Assembly: GCF_001457615.1 (NCBI RefSeq)
Contig: NZ_LN831024.1
Location: 1,800,001 to 1,832,000 of the forward strand
From: Pseudomonas aeruginosa
GTDB taxonomy: Bacteria > Pseudomonadota > Gammaproteobacteria > Pseudomonadales > Pseudomonadaceae
Length of the DNA: 32,000 nt
Direction: 5' to 3'
The notes below the pieces were generated by a model. It saw only the letters and a program-made list of their open reading frames with translations, was not told the origin of the DNA and searched no databases. The translations under genes and the position numbers were made by a program. Numbering within the stretch: the first letter of the stretch is position 1; every line of letters begins with the position of its first letter. This document shows, piece by piece, positions 17,581 to 25,619 of this stretch.

Positions 17581-18311
17581 ACCACACGACCTTGCAACGG
17601 CGTTTCGCCGCACGTATCCGCGATCCGCAGCAGGCCTTGCCGCCCGGCATCGCGACGGAGCGCATGGCGATCTACGAGGAACTGTTCTTCAACAACCTGG
17701 ACGGTTTCATCAGTAGCGGTTTCCCGGTCCTGCGCCAGTTGTTCGACGAGCCGCGCTGGCATCGCCTGGTGCGTGCCTTCATGCGCGAGCATCGCTGCCG
17801 CACACCGTACTTCAGCCAATTGGGCGAGGAGTTCATCGGCTGGCTGCAGGACGGCTACCGTGCGGAGGAGGGCGATCCGCCCTTCCTGCTGGAGCTGGCT
17901 CACTACGAGTGGGTCGAGCTGGCCCTGTCGCTGGCCGAGGCGCCTGTCGAGACGCTGCCGCAGGCCTGGTCGTGGTCGCCACTGGCCTGGCCGCTGGCCT
18001 ATCGCTGGCCGGTCCATCGCCTGGGGCCGAGCCATCGGCCGATGGAGCCGCCGGCCGAGCCGACCTGCCTGCTGGTCTGGCGCGATCCGGCGGAGCGGGT
18101 GCGCTTCCTGCACCTGTCGCCATTCGCCTATCGCCTCGCGCAGCGCCTGAGCGAGGAGGGCGAGGCGCCGGTGGCGCTGCTGCCGTTGTTGCGCGAGTTG
18201 GCCGGAAGCTGCGGCCTGAGCGCCGACGTGGAGTATTTCGAAAATGCCTTCGCCTTGCTGGAGGACTGGCACGCCCAGGGCATCCTCATGGGCGAGGGCG
18301 CTCTGGAGTGA
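17577..18311 (+). CDS. DUF2063-family partner protein (BufC-like, putative DNA-binding-domain annotated family)
   Basis: 244 aa, ATGA overlap with the DUF692 gene; LQRRFAARIRDPQQALPPGIATERMAIYEELFFNNLDGFISSGFPVLRQLF typical of DUF2063. Confidence 0.87.
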   Translation: MNHTTLQRRFAARIRDPQQALPPGIATERMAIYEELFFNNLDGFISSGFPVLRQLFDEPRWHRLVRAFMREHRCRTPYFSQLGEEFIGWLQDGYRAEEGDPPFLLELAHYEWVELALSLAEAPVETLPQAWSWSPLAWPLAYRWPVHRLGPSHRPMEPPAEPTCLLVWRDPAERVRFLHLSPFAYRLAQRLSEEGEAPVALLPLLRELAGSCGLSADVEYFENAFALLEDWHAQGILMGEGALE

Positions 18312-18904
18312 TGATGAAGACTGTCTTCCTGCGTTTACAGCATGCCCTCGACGTCACCCGTCGAGCGGATTTCCTCGCCCCGCTGGCGCTGCGCCTGTAC
18401 CTGGCGCCGGTGTTCTGGATGGCCGGCAGCCAGAAGCTGGCGGACATGCCGGCCACCATCGAGTGGTTCGGCAATCCCGACTGGGGACTCGGCCTGCCGT
18501 TTCCCGAACTGCTGGCCTGGCTCGCCGCGCTGAGCGAGGCCGGTGGCGCCGTGTTGCTGTTGTGCGGCCTGGCCGTGCGCTGGATCAGCCTGCCGCTGAT
18601 GGTGACCATGCTGGTAGCGATCTTCGCCGTGCACTGGCCGAACGGCTGGCAGGCGATCGCCGATCCGTCCGCGCCGTTCGCCAACGCCCAGGTGCTGGAG
18701 GCTGGCGAGAAGCTGGCGCGAGCCCGGGAAATCCTGCGCGAATACGGCAACTACGACTGGCTGACGTCGAGCGGAAGCTTCGCCATCGTCAACAACGGCA
18801 TCGAGTTCGCCGCGACCTACCTGGTGATGTTGCTCGCGCTGTTCTTCGGCGGCGCCGGCAAGTGGCTTTCTGCTGACTTCTGGATTGCTCGAAAATTGCG
18901 CTGA
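18311..18904 (+). CDS. DoxX-family membrane protein
   Basis: TGATG overlap with the preceding stop; MMKTVFLRLQHALDVTRRADFLAPLALRLYLAPVFWMAGSQKL... with several TM helices, DoxX-like. Confidence 0.87.
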   Translation: MMKTVFLRLQHALDVTRRADFLAPLALRLYLAPVFWMAGSQKLADMPATIEWFGNPDWGLGLPFPELLAWLAALSEAGGAVLLLCGLAVRWISLPLMVTMLVAIFAVHWPNGWQAIADPSAPFANAQVLEAGEKLARAREILREYGNYDWLTSSGSFAIVNNGIEFAATYLVMLLALFFGGAGKWLSADFWIARKLR

Positions 18905-18929
18905 GATTTCTACCCATATCGAATAACCC

Positions 18930-18957
18930 GAAAGGCCCGTAGTAGAGGGCTTTTCGC
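18930..18957 (+). terminator. Rho-independent terminator after the bufferin-like/DoxX operon
   Basis: GAAAGGCCC-gtagtaga-GGGCTTTTC, stem with one G-U, U-rich 3' arm. Confidence 0.65.
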
Positions 18958-19150
18958 TTTATTCGCATTGGAGATAAAAAGTTCCTCTGTAATGAAACAT
19001 TTATCTCCATGCAATTTGGCTGCAATCTGCCATCGCCAAGATTCCCCCCAACACAAAGGGGCCGCCTTACGGCCAGCGCGGAACAAGGGGCGCGCTGTAG
19101 CCAGGCACTCGCGTGTTGCCAATGCACACACCATTAAGGGGAAATCTTCG

Positions 19151-20467
19151 ATGATCCGTAAGCACTCGCTCGGCTTCGTTGCCAGCGCTCTGGCTCTGGC
19201 CGTATCTGCCCAGGCGTTCGCCGGCACCGTGACCACCGACGGCGCCGATATCGTGATCAAGACCAAGGGCGGCCTCGAAGTCGCCACCACCGACAAGGAA
19301 TTCAGCTTCAAGCTGGGCGGTCGCCTGCAGGCCGACTACAGCCGTTTCGACGGTTTCTATACCAAGAATGGCAACACCGCCGACGCCGCCTACTTCCGCC
19401 GCGCCTTCATCGAACTCGGCGGAACCGCATACAAGGACTGGAAATACCAGATCAACTTCGACCTGTCGCACAACACCGGCAGCTCCGACAACGGCTATTT
19501 CGACGAAGCTTCGGTCACCTACACCGGCTTCAACCCGGTCAACCTGAAGTTCGGTCGCTTCGACCCCGACTTCGGCCTGGAAAAGGCCACCAGCTCCAAG
19601 TGGGTGACCGCTCCCGAGCGTAACGCCGCCTACGAACTGGCCGACTGGATCAACACCCACCAGGACGGCATGGGCGCCCAGGTCAACTCGACCCTCGCCG
19701 ACATGGCCTACCTGTCCGCCGGCGTATCCGCCAAGGACGCCGACGACAGCGACGGCGACAGCGTCAAGCAGTTCAACTTCCGCGGCGTGTTCGCGCCGAT
19801 GCACGAAGCCGGCAATGTTCTGCATGTCGGCGTGAACTATGCCTACCGCGACCTCGACGACACCGCCTTCGACTCGCGCATCCGTCCGCGCCTGGGCATG
19901 CGCGGCATCGCCACCAGCGGCGGCAACGACGCCGGTGACAACGGCAACCGCGCGACCTTCGGCGGTGTCTCCAACTCGCCGGCCGGTTCCTACAAGGACG
20001 ATAGCGTCTGGGGCCTGGAAGGCGCCTGGGCGATGGGCCCGTTCTCGGCCCAGGCCGAATACCTGGCACGCAAGCTGAAGGCCGATGACAACGCCTACAA
20101 GGACATCAAGGCCAAGGGTTACTACGCGCAACTGGCCTACACCCTGACCGGCGAGTCCCGCCAGTACAAGCTGGAAGGTGCCAAGTTCGACTCCGTCAAG
20201 CCGGAAAACAAGGAAATCGGCGCCTGGGAAGTGTTCTACCGCTACGACAACATCAAGGTGGAAGACGACAACGTGGTCGCCGATACCGCCACTCGCGAAG
20301 TCGGCGACACCAAGGCCAAGGCCCACAACCTGGGCGTGAACTGGTACGTCAACGATGCGGTGAAGATCAGCGCGGCCTACGTCAAGGCGAAGACCGACAA
20401 GATCACCAACAACAATGGCGACGATGACGGCGACGGCTTCGTGACCCGTTTGCAGTACGTGTTCTAA
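19151..20467 (+). CDS. oprO: Polyphosphate/pyrophosphate-selective porin O
   Basis: 438 aa from [25 protein letters not shown]; F at [10 protein letters not shown] and D at [13 protein letters not shown], as in OprO. Confidence 0.93.
   Translation: MIRKHSLGFVASALALAVSAQAFAGTVTTDGADIVIKTKGGLEVATTDKEFSFKLGGRLQADYSRFDGFYTKNGNTADAAYFRRAFIELGGTAYKDWKYQINFDLSHNTGSSDNGYFDEASVTYTGFNPVNLKFGRFDPDFGLEKATSSKWVTAPERNAAYELADWINTHQDGMGAQVNSTLADMAYLSAGVSAKDADDSDGDSVKQFNFRGVFAPMHEAGNVLHVGVNYAYRDLDDTAFDSRIRPRLGMRGIATSGGNDAGDNGNRATFGGVSNSPAGSYKDDSVWGLEGAWAMGPFSAQAEYLARKLKADDNAYKDIKAKGYYAQLAYTLTGESRQYKLEGAKFDSVKPENKEIGAWEVFYRYDNIKVEDDNVVADTATREVGDTKAKAHNLGVNWYVNDAVKISAAYVKAKTDKITNNNGDDDGDGFVTRLQYVF
19250..19314 (+). 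repeat. 65-nt exact repeat shared with oprP (21040-21104)
   Basis: ATCGTGATCAAGACCAAGGGCGGCCTCGAAGTCGCCACCACCGACAAGGAATTCAGCTTCAAGCT is identical in both porin genes. Confidence 0.9.
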
Positions 20468-20495
20468 GAAGCGACAACGATCTGCTCCTGTTTTC

Positions 20496-20522
20496 GGCCT
20501 CGCTCCGGCGAGGTCTTTTTAA
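20496..20522 (+). terminator. Rho-independent terminator after oprO
   Basis: CCTCGC-tccg-GCGAGG followed by TCTTTTT. Confidence 0.75.
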
Positions 20523-20925
20523 TCGCTTCCTTACCCGGTTGTGGCGATGTTGGCAGCCTGCAACCGGGTCTTTCTTTCGTTACAGGTCTACCCGCAGGTA
20601 CTGGCAGGAATATCCGAAAGCCAGACGGTTATCGGCAGAAACTCTTGGTTTTCATTGCAGTCATGCAATCTTCGCAAGGTTGCCGCAATATATGAAACAA
20701 ACTGTTACATCTGTCGCCCGGACCTGATGCCTCTAGGCCTGCGCCCTTATCCGACGGCCTCATCCAGGCGCTATCCGGCTGCCTGTCACAAAAGCTTTCG
20801 CGCTTTGCAGTCTCGCTGTCACAACCCATCCAGATGATCCCCCTCCAGCAGCGCCGGCCGGCGACAGAACCGGCCGTTTCCGCGCTGCTCAAGACCATTC
20901 GAAATCCGAACAGGGGACTTACCTG

Positions 20926-22248
20926 ATGATTCGCAGACACTCGTGCAAAGGGGTGGGGAGCAGTGTTGCCTGGAGTTTGCTGGGCCTGGCGATTTCCGCG
21001 CAGAGCCTGGCCGGGACCGTGACCACCGACGGTGCCGACATCGTGATCAAGACCAAGGGCGGCCTCGAAGTCGCCACCACCGACAAGGAATTCAGCTTCA
21101 AGCTCGGCGGCCGCCTGCAGGCCGACTACGGCCGCTTCGACGGCTACTACACGAACAACGGCAATACCGCCGATGCCGCCTACTTCCGCCGCGCCTACCT
21201 GGAGTTCGGCGGCACCGTCTACCGGGACTGGAAGTACCAGATCAACTACGACCTGTCGCGCAACGTCGGCAACGACAGCGCCGGCTACTTTGACGAAGCT
21301 TCGGTCACCTATACCGGCTTCAACCCGGTCAACCTGAAGTTCGGCCGCTTCTACACCGACTTCGGCCTGGAAAAGGCCACCAGCTCCAAATGGGTCACCG
21401 CGCTGGAGCGCAACCTCACCTACGACATCGCCGACTGGGTCAACGACAACGTCGGTACCGGTATCCAGGCCAGCTCGGTGGTGGGCGGCATGGCTTTCCT
21501 CTCGGGCAGCGTGTTCAGCGAGAACAACAACGATACCGACGGCGACAGCGTCAAGCGCTACAACCTGCGCGGCGTGTTCGCGCCGCTGCACGAGCCGGGC
21601 AACGTGGTGCACCTGGGCCTGCAATACGCCTATCGCGACCTGGAGGACAGCGCGGTGGATACCCGGATCCGCCCGCGCATGGGCATGCGCGGCGTCTCCA
21701 CCAATGGCGGCAACGATGCCGGCAGCAATGGCAACCGCGGTCTGTTCGGCGGCAGTTCGGCAGTCGAGGGGCTGTGGAAGGACGACTCGGTCTGGGGCCT
21801 GGAAGGCGCCTGGGCGCTGGGTGCCTTCTCGGCCCAGGCCGAGTACCTGCGGCGCACGGTCAAGGCCGAGCGCGACCGCGAGGATCTCAAGGCCTCCGGC
21901 TATTACGCGCAACTGGCCTACACCCTCACCGGCGAGCCGCGCCTCTACAAGCTGGACGGCGCCAAGTTCGACACCATCAAGCCGGAGAACAAGGAAATCG
22001 GCGCCTGGGAGCTGTTCTACCGCTACGACTCGATCAAGGTCGAGGATGACAACATCGTCGTCGACAGCGCCACCCGCGAGGTCGGCGACGCCAAGGGCAA
22101 GACCCATACCCTGGGCGTCAACTGGTACGCCAACGAGGCGGTGAAGGTTTCCGCCAACTACGTCAAGGCGAAGACCGACAAGATCAGCAATGCCAACGGC
22201 GACGATAGCGGCGATGGCCTGGTGATGCGCCTGCAGTACGTGTTCTGA
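20926..22248 (+). CDS. oprP: Phosphate-selective porin P
   Basis: 440 aa; [30 protein letters not shown] signal; Y at [10 protein letters not shown] and [13 protein letters not shown], as in OprP; end-to-end paralog of the upstream porin. Confidence 0.93.
   Translation: MIRRHSCKGVGSSVAWSLLGLAISAQSLAGTVTTDGADIVIKTKGGLEVATTDKEFSFKLGGRLQADYGRFDGYYTNNGNTADAAYFRRAYLEFGGTVYRDWKYQINYDLSRNVGNDSAGYFDEASVTYTGFNPVNLKFGRFYTDFGLEKATSSKWVTALERNLTYDIADWVNDNVGTGIQASSVVGGMAFLSGSVFSENNNDTDGDSVKRYNLRGVFAPLHEPGNVVHLGLQYAYRDLEDSAVDTRIRPRMGMRGVSTNGGNDAGSNGNRGLFGGSSAVEGLWKDDSVWGLEGAWALGAFSAQAEYLRRTVKAERDREDLKASGYYAQLAYTLTGEPRLYKLDGAKFDTIKPENKEIGAWELFYRYDSIKVEDDNIVVDSATREVGDAKGKTHTLGVNWYANEAVKVSANYVKAKTDKISNANGDDSGDGLVMRLQYVF
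21040..21104 (+). repeat. 65-nt exact repeat shared with oprO (19250-19314)
   Basis: Same 65-nt string as at 19250-19314. Confidence 0.9.
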
Positions 22249-22416
22249 GGCGCTCGGGCCCCGTCCGGCGGGCGGGGCTCGTTTCCGCAGGATGTTACCC
22301 GCGTCATGAAATTGCCTGGTGGATGTCCGGGCGGGCCGCCCAGCTTGACCCAGGGCACAGATCGCATGGCGGCATCTGGCTATGCTGGTCCCTCGGAAAC
22401 GCTCTGGGAGGGACTG

Positions 22417-22716
22417 ATGATCGGCTGGGGACGTGTCTGTATTGGCGTCGGGGGGCTGCTGTTGCTGGGCCAGTTGCTGGGGGGCGCCCTGCTGCTCGCG
22501 GACGACGGCGAAGCGACGCTGGCGGTCGAACACTTCTGGCAATTCGTCTTCCTGATCCCGGCGATCCTGGTGGCACTGGGAATGTTCGTCCTGCAGCATC
22601 ACGTGGGTTCCTTCGCCCAGTTGTACCGCCGGCGTCTCGATGGCGCCTCCTACCTGCTGGTTTCCTGCGGCATCGCCCTGGTCCTGGGCAAGCTCTGCGT
22701 CCTGCTGCTCGCCTGA
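22417..22716 (+). CDS. Small conserved membrane protein
   Basis: MIGWGRVCIGVGGLLLLGQLLGGALLL... with about three hydrophobic helices; start uncertain (upstream ATG at 22306 also possible). Confidence 0.7.
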   Translation: MIGWGRVCIGVGGLLLLGQLLGGALLLADDGEATLAVEHFWQFVFLIPAILVALGMFVLQHHVGSFAQLYRRRLDGASYLLVSCGIALVLGKLCVLLLA

Positions 22717-22841
22717 GCCCCTCGCGCGGCCCGGCATGTCCGGGTTTGCCCGAGGCATTCAGCTTCCTGATTTAGCCGGAGGGCGCTGAAACCCTTGGTT
22801 ACACTGGCCTTCATCACACGAACAGGAAGGCAGGACCCCCT

Positions 22842-23654
22842 ATGCAAAACCGCATGATGATCACCGGTGCCGGCTCCGGGCTGGGGCGCGAAATCGCCCT
22901 GCGCTGGGCGCGTGACGGCTGGCGCCTGGCGCTGGCCGACGTCAACGAGGCCGGCCTGGCGGAAAGCCTGAAACTGGTGCGCGAGGCGGGTGGCGATGGC
23001 TTCACCCAGCGTTGCGACGTACGCGACTACAGTCAACTGACCGCGCTGGCGCAGAGCTGCGAGGAGAAGTTCGGCGGCATCGACGTCATCGTCAACAACG
23101 CCGGGGTGGCCTCCGGCGGCTTCTTCGGCGAGTTGTCCCTGGAGGACTGGGACTGGCAGATCGCGATCAACCTGATGGGCGTGGTCAAGGGCTGCAAGGC
23201 CTTCCTGCCGTTGCTGGAGCGAAGCAAGGGCAAGATCGTCAACATCGCCTCGATGGCGGCGTTGATGCAGGGCCCGGCGATGAGCAACTACAACGTGGCC
23301 AAGGCCGGGGTGGTGGCGCTTTCGGAAAGCCTGCTGGTAGAGCTGGCGCTGGTCGAGGTCGGCGTCCATGTGGTCTGCCCTTCGTTCTTCCAGACCAACC
23401 TGCTGGACTCTTTCCGCGGCCCGAGCCCCGAGATGAAGCACCAGGTCGGCAAGTTGCTGGAGAGTTCGCCGATCAGCGCCGCCGACATCGCCGACTACAT
23501 CCACGCCGAAGTGGCCAAGGGCAGTTTCCTGATCCTGCCCCACGAGCAGGCGCGGATGGCCTGGAGGATCAAGCAGCAGAATCCCCAGGCGATCTATGAC
23601 GAGATGACCGCGATGGCCGGCAAGATGCAGGCCAAGCGTCAGCGCCAGGCCTGA
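22842..23654 (+). CDS. Short-chain dehydrogenase/reductase
   Basis: MQNRMMITGAGSGLGREIALRWARDG (TGxxxGxG), NNAGVASGG, YNVAKAGV (YxxxK). Confidence 0.93.
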   Translation: MQNRMMITGAGSGLGREIALRWARDGWRLALADVNEAGLAESLKLVREAGGDGFTQRCDVRDYSQLTALAQSCEEKFGGIDVIVNNAGVASGGFFGELSLEDWDWQIAINLMGVVKGCKAFLPLLERSKGKIVNIASMAALMQGPAMSNYNVAKAGVVALSESLLVELALVEVGVHVVCPSFFQTNLLDSFRGPSPEMKHQVGKLLESSPISAADIADYIHAEVAKGSFLILPHEQARMAWRIKQQNPQAIYDEMTAMAGKMQAKRQRQA

Positions 23655-23790
23655 GTGGAAATGGCTGCAGGCCAGCAGGGGCGCGGCTTTGCACCATTGC
23701 GGTGCGGCGCAGATAGTGCTTGCCCAAGGCGGTGCGATCGAGTAGCTTGAGTCACCGGCCTGCCTGCCGAAGTACGTTGGACCCCACAAG

Positions 23791-23817
23791 AAGCCTCGCT
23801 CATTTGCGAGGCTTTTT
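23791..23817 (+). terminator. Rho-independent terminator
   Basis: AAGCCTCGC-tcattt-GCGAGGCTT + TTT, perfect 9-bp stem. Confidence 0.9.
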
Positions 23818-23886
23818 GCTTTTCCGCCCTCGCGCCCTGTGCTAGAAGGCTGCCTCTGCGAGTCCGTTCTGTTCTGGAGTACCCCT

Positions 23887-24309
23887 GTGGAGTCTGAATC
23901 CATCGTCTATGGCTGCATCCGCGACTGGCCGGGCGATTCGATGGAGCGGCGCATGCGTCGTGCCGCCAACCGCCGCGTGCTGGACAGCCTGCCGGGCGGC
24001 GAGGCCTGGCCGTTCCTCGGACGCGAGATGTTCAGCCGCTGCGAGCAGTCCGGGGCCGGGCTCTACCAGACCCAGATCATCCACTTCGGTGCCAGCTACC
24101 AGGCCATCGAATACGAGTGGAGCCTGTGGGTCGAGCAGTTCGAGGCGTTGCTCAGGCGCCTCTACTGGGCCAGCGCGGTGGTCCACCTGGAGACCGAAGT
24201 GAACGGCAGCCATACCTTTCGCTGGGAGTCCGAGCGTGGCTTCCATACCCCCCAGGAGAGCGACCTGCAGGTCCGCTGCGCCTGGGAGCGGGAGGGCGGG
24301 CGGCGGTGA
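23887..24309 (+). CDS. Conserved hypothetical protein, GTG start
   Basis: [36 protein letters not shown]...; overlaps next gene by 4 nt (GTGA). Confidence 0.75.
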   Translation: MESESIVYGCIRDWPGDSMERRMRRAANRRVLDSLPGGEAWPFLGREMFSRCEQSGAGLYQTQIIHFGASYQAIEYEWSLWVEQFEALLRRLYWASAVVHLETEVNGSHTFRWESERGFHTPQESDLQVRCAWEREGGRR

Positions 24310-24635
24310 TCAACTACTTCTGGTTCGTCCTCGCGGCGTTCTGCGAGATCGCCGGCTGCTACGCTTTCTATCTCTGGCTGCGGCTGGGCAAGAGCGCCCT
24401 GTGGGTGCTGCCCGGCCTGCTCAGCCTGACCCTGTTCGCCTTGCTGCTGACCCGCGTGGAGGCCAGCTACGCCGGCCGCGCCTATGCCGCCTATGGCGGC
24501 ATCTACGTCGCCGCGTCGCTGTTCTGGCTGGCTTTCGTCGAGCGCTCGCGGCCGCTATGGAGCGACTGGCTGGGCGTGGCCTTGTGCGTGGTCGGTGCCA
24601 GCGTCGTGCTGTTCGGCCCGCGCCTGTCTCAGTGA
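24306..24635 (+). CDS. UPF0060 (YnfA-like) small membrane protein
   Basis: [41 protein letters not shown]...[22 protein letters not shown]; GTG start overlapping the previous stop. Confidence 0.9.
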   Translation: MINYFWFVLAAFCEIAGCYAFYLWLRLGKSALWVLPGLLSLTLFALLLTRVEASYAGRAYAAYGGIYVAASLFWLAFVERSRPLWSDWLGVALCVVGASVVLFGPRLSQ

Positions 24636-24713
24636 CTCAGGCGGGGTAGGTGGCGCGCCCGTCACGGGCGCCGGACCCCGCCGTCCCGGGCCACCGCACC
24701 CCGAACCGGCGGA

Positions 24714-25001
24714 TCACTGCGAAGTGTTGCGCTGTACGTCACCTTTTTCCTGATCCAGTTCCTTGAGCATCTGCGCGTAGGCATCGCAATCGCTCGGCCG
24801 GTTCTGTTCCGAGCGGGCTTCCTGGCGCTGGCGCAACTGCTCGTTGAGTTCCCTGGCCCGTTGCGGGTTCTTCTGGGTGATCGAGGCGACCTTGGTGGCG
24901 ACTTCCTTGCCCATCTTTTCCGCCTCCGCTTCGGAACAGGCGAAGACCGGCGTGGCGACCAGCAAGGCGCAGGCGCTGGCGAGGGCGAAAAGCGGTTTCA
25001 T
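24714..25001 (-). CDS. Small secreted/periplasmic hypothetical protein
   Basis: 95 aa; signal peptide MKPLFALASACALLVATPVFA then a charged helical region. Confidence 0.75.
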   Translation of the reverse strand: MKPLFALASACALLVATPVFACSEAEAEKMGKEVATKVASITQKNPQRARELNEQLRQRQEARSEQNRPSDCDAYAQMLKELDQEKGDVQRNTSQ

Positions 25002-25167
25002 GGCGTACTCCTGTGGGGTGGTCCTGAGCGGTGGAGCCCGGTCGAGCCGACAAAGTTCAGCCGCAACGCCGGACGGCGACCGATTCGAACCCTCGCGGCG
25101 GGTTGCGGGTCGCACGCATAGAGAGGGTGCGAAGGACCCTCGTTGCTTATGCCGCAGGAGGTATGCC

Positions 25168-25551
25168 ATGACTCACGATTGGGATCTGGTCGAACGGTTG
25201 CTGCTGGAGGTCCGGCAGTCCGCCCATGAGAACTTCGCCCCGCGCGCCCATGCCGAACGCCTGGCCGAGGAACGCTCCCAGGCCGGGCAGCGGGTCGGCG
25301 ACATGGATGCGTTGAAGCAGAAGGCCGCCGACTACGAGGCGATCCTGCTGGAGGGCGGCTTCATCGAGCCGCGTCCGGAAGAGCAGGGCGGCAATGGCGA
25401 GAACTTCGTCCTCACGCCGCGCGGCGAGCGCCTGCTCGGCCTGATCGGCGGCGAGACGCCGAAGGCCGCCGAGGCTCGCCGGCTGCTCGAGGAGAACGGC
25501 AGCGAAGCGCTGCACGCCGAGCGCTTCGACCGTTTCGTCGCCGGGCTCTGA
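25168..25551 (+). CDS. Conserved hypothetical protein
   Basis: MTHDWDLVERLLLEVRQSAHENFAPRAHAERLAEER...VLTPRGERLLGLIGG; start at the ATG preceded by AGGAGG. Confidence 0.8.
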   Translation: MTHDWDLVERLLLEVRQSAHENFAPRAHAERLAEERSQAGQRVGDMDALKQKAADYEAILLEGGFIEPRPEEQGGNGENFVLTPRGERLLGLIGGETPKAAEARRLLEENGSEALHAERFDRFVAGL

Positions 25552-25619
25552 AACTGCGCCCGACGGGCGATCGGCGGGGCTTGTGAGTCGCCCGCGGCGC
25601 CACCATAGTGCGGAGCATG

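Noticed and set aside
19067-20326. 419-aa ORF antisense to oprO
   Set aside because: Mirror of coding strand. Its resemblance to the antisense ORF on oprP only reflects the paralogous sense genes.
20629-22758. 709-aa ORF antisense to oprP
   Set aside because: Spurious antisense ORF; the sense frame is a full-length porin with signal peptide.
23655-23790. GGACCCCACAAG next to the terminator at 23791 considered as a tRNA 3' end or att site
   Set aside because: No cloverleaf or T-arm could be formed upstream, and there is no integrase or element nearby.
22650-23903. 417-aa ORF antisense to the SDR gene
   Set aside because: The sense frame is an unambiguous short-chain dehydrogenase.
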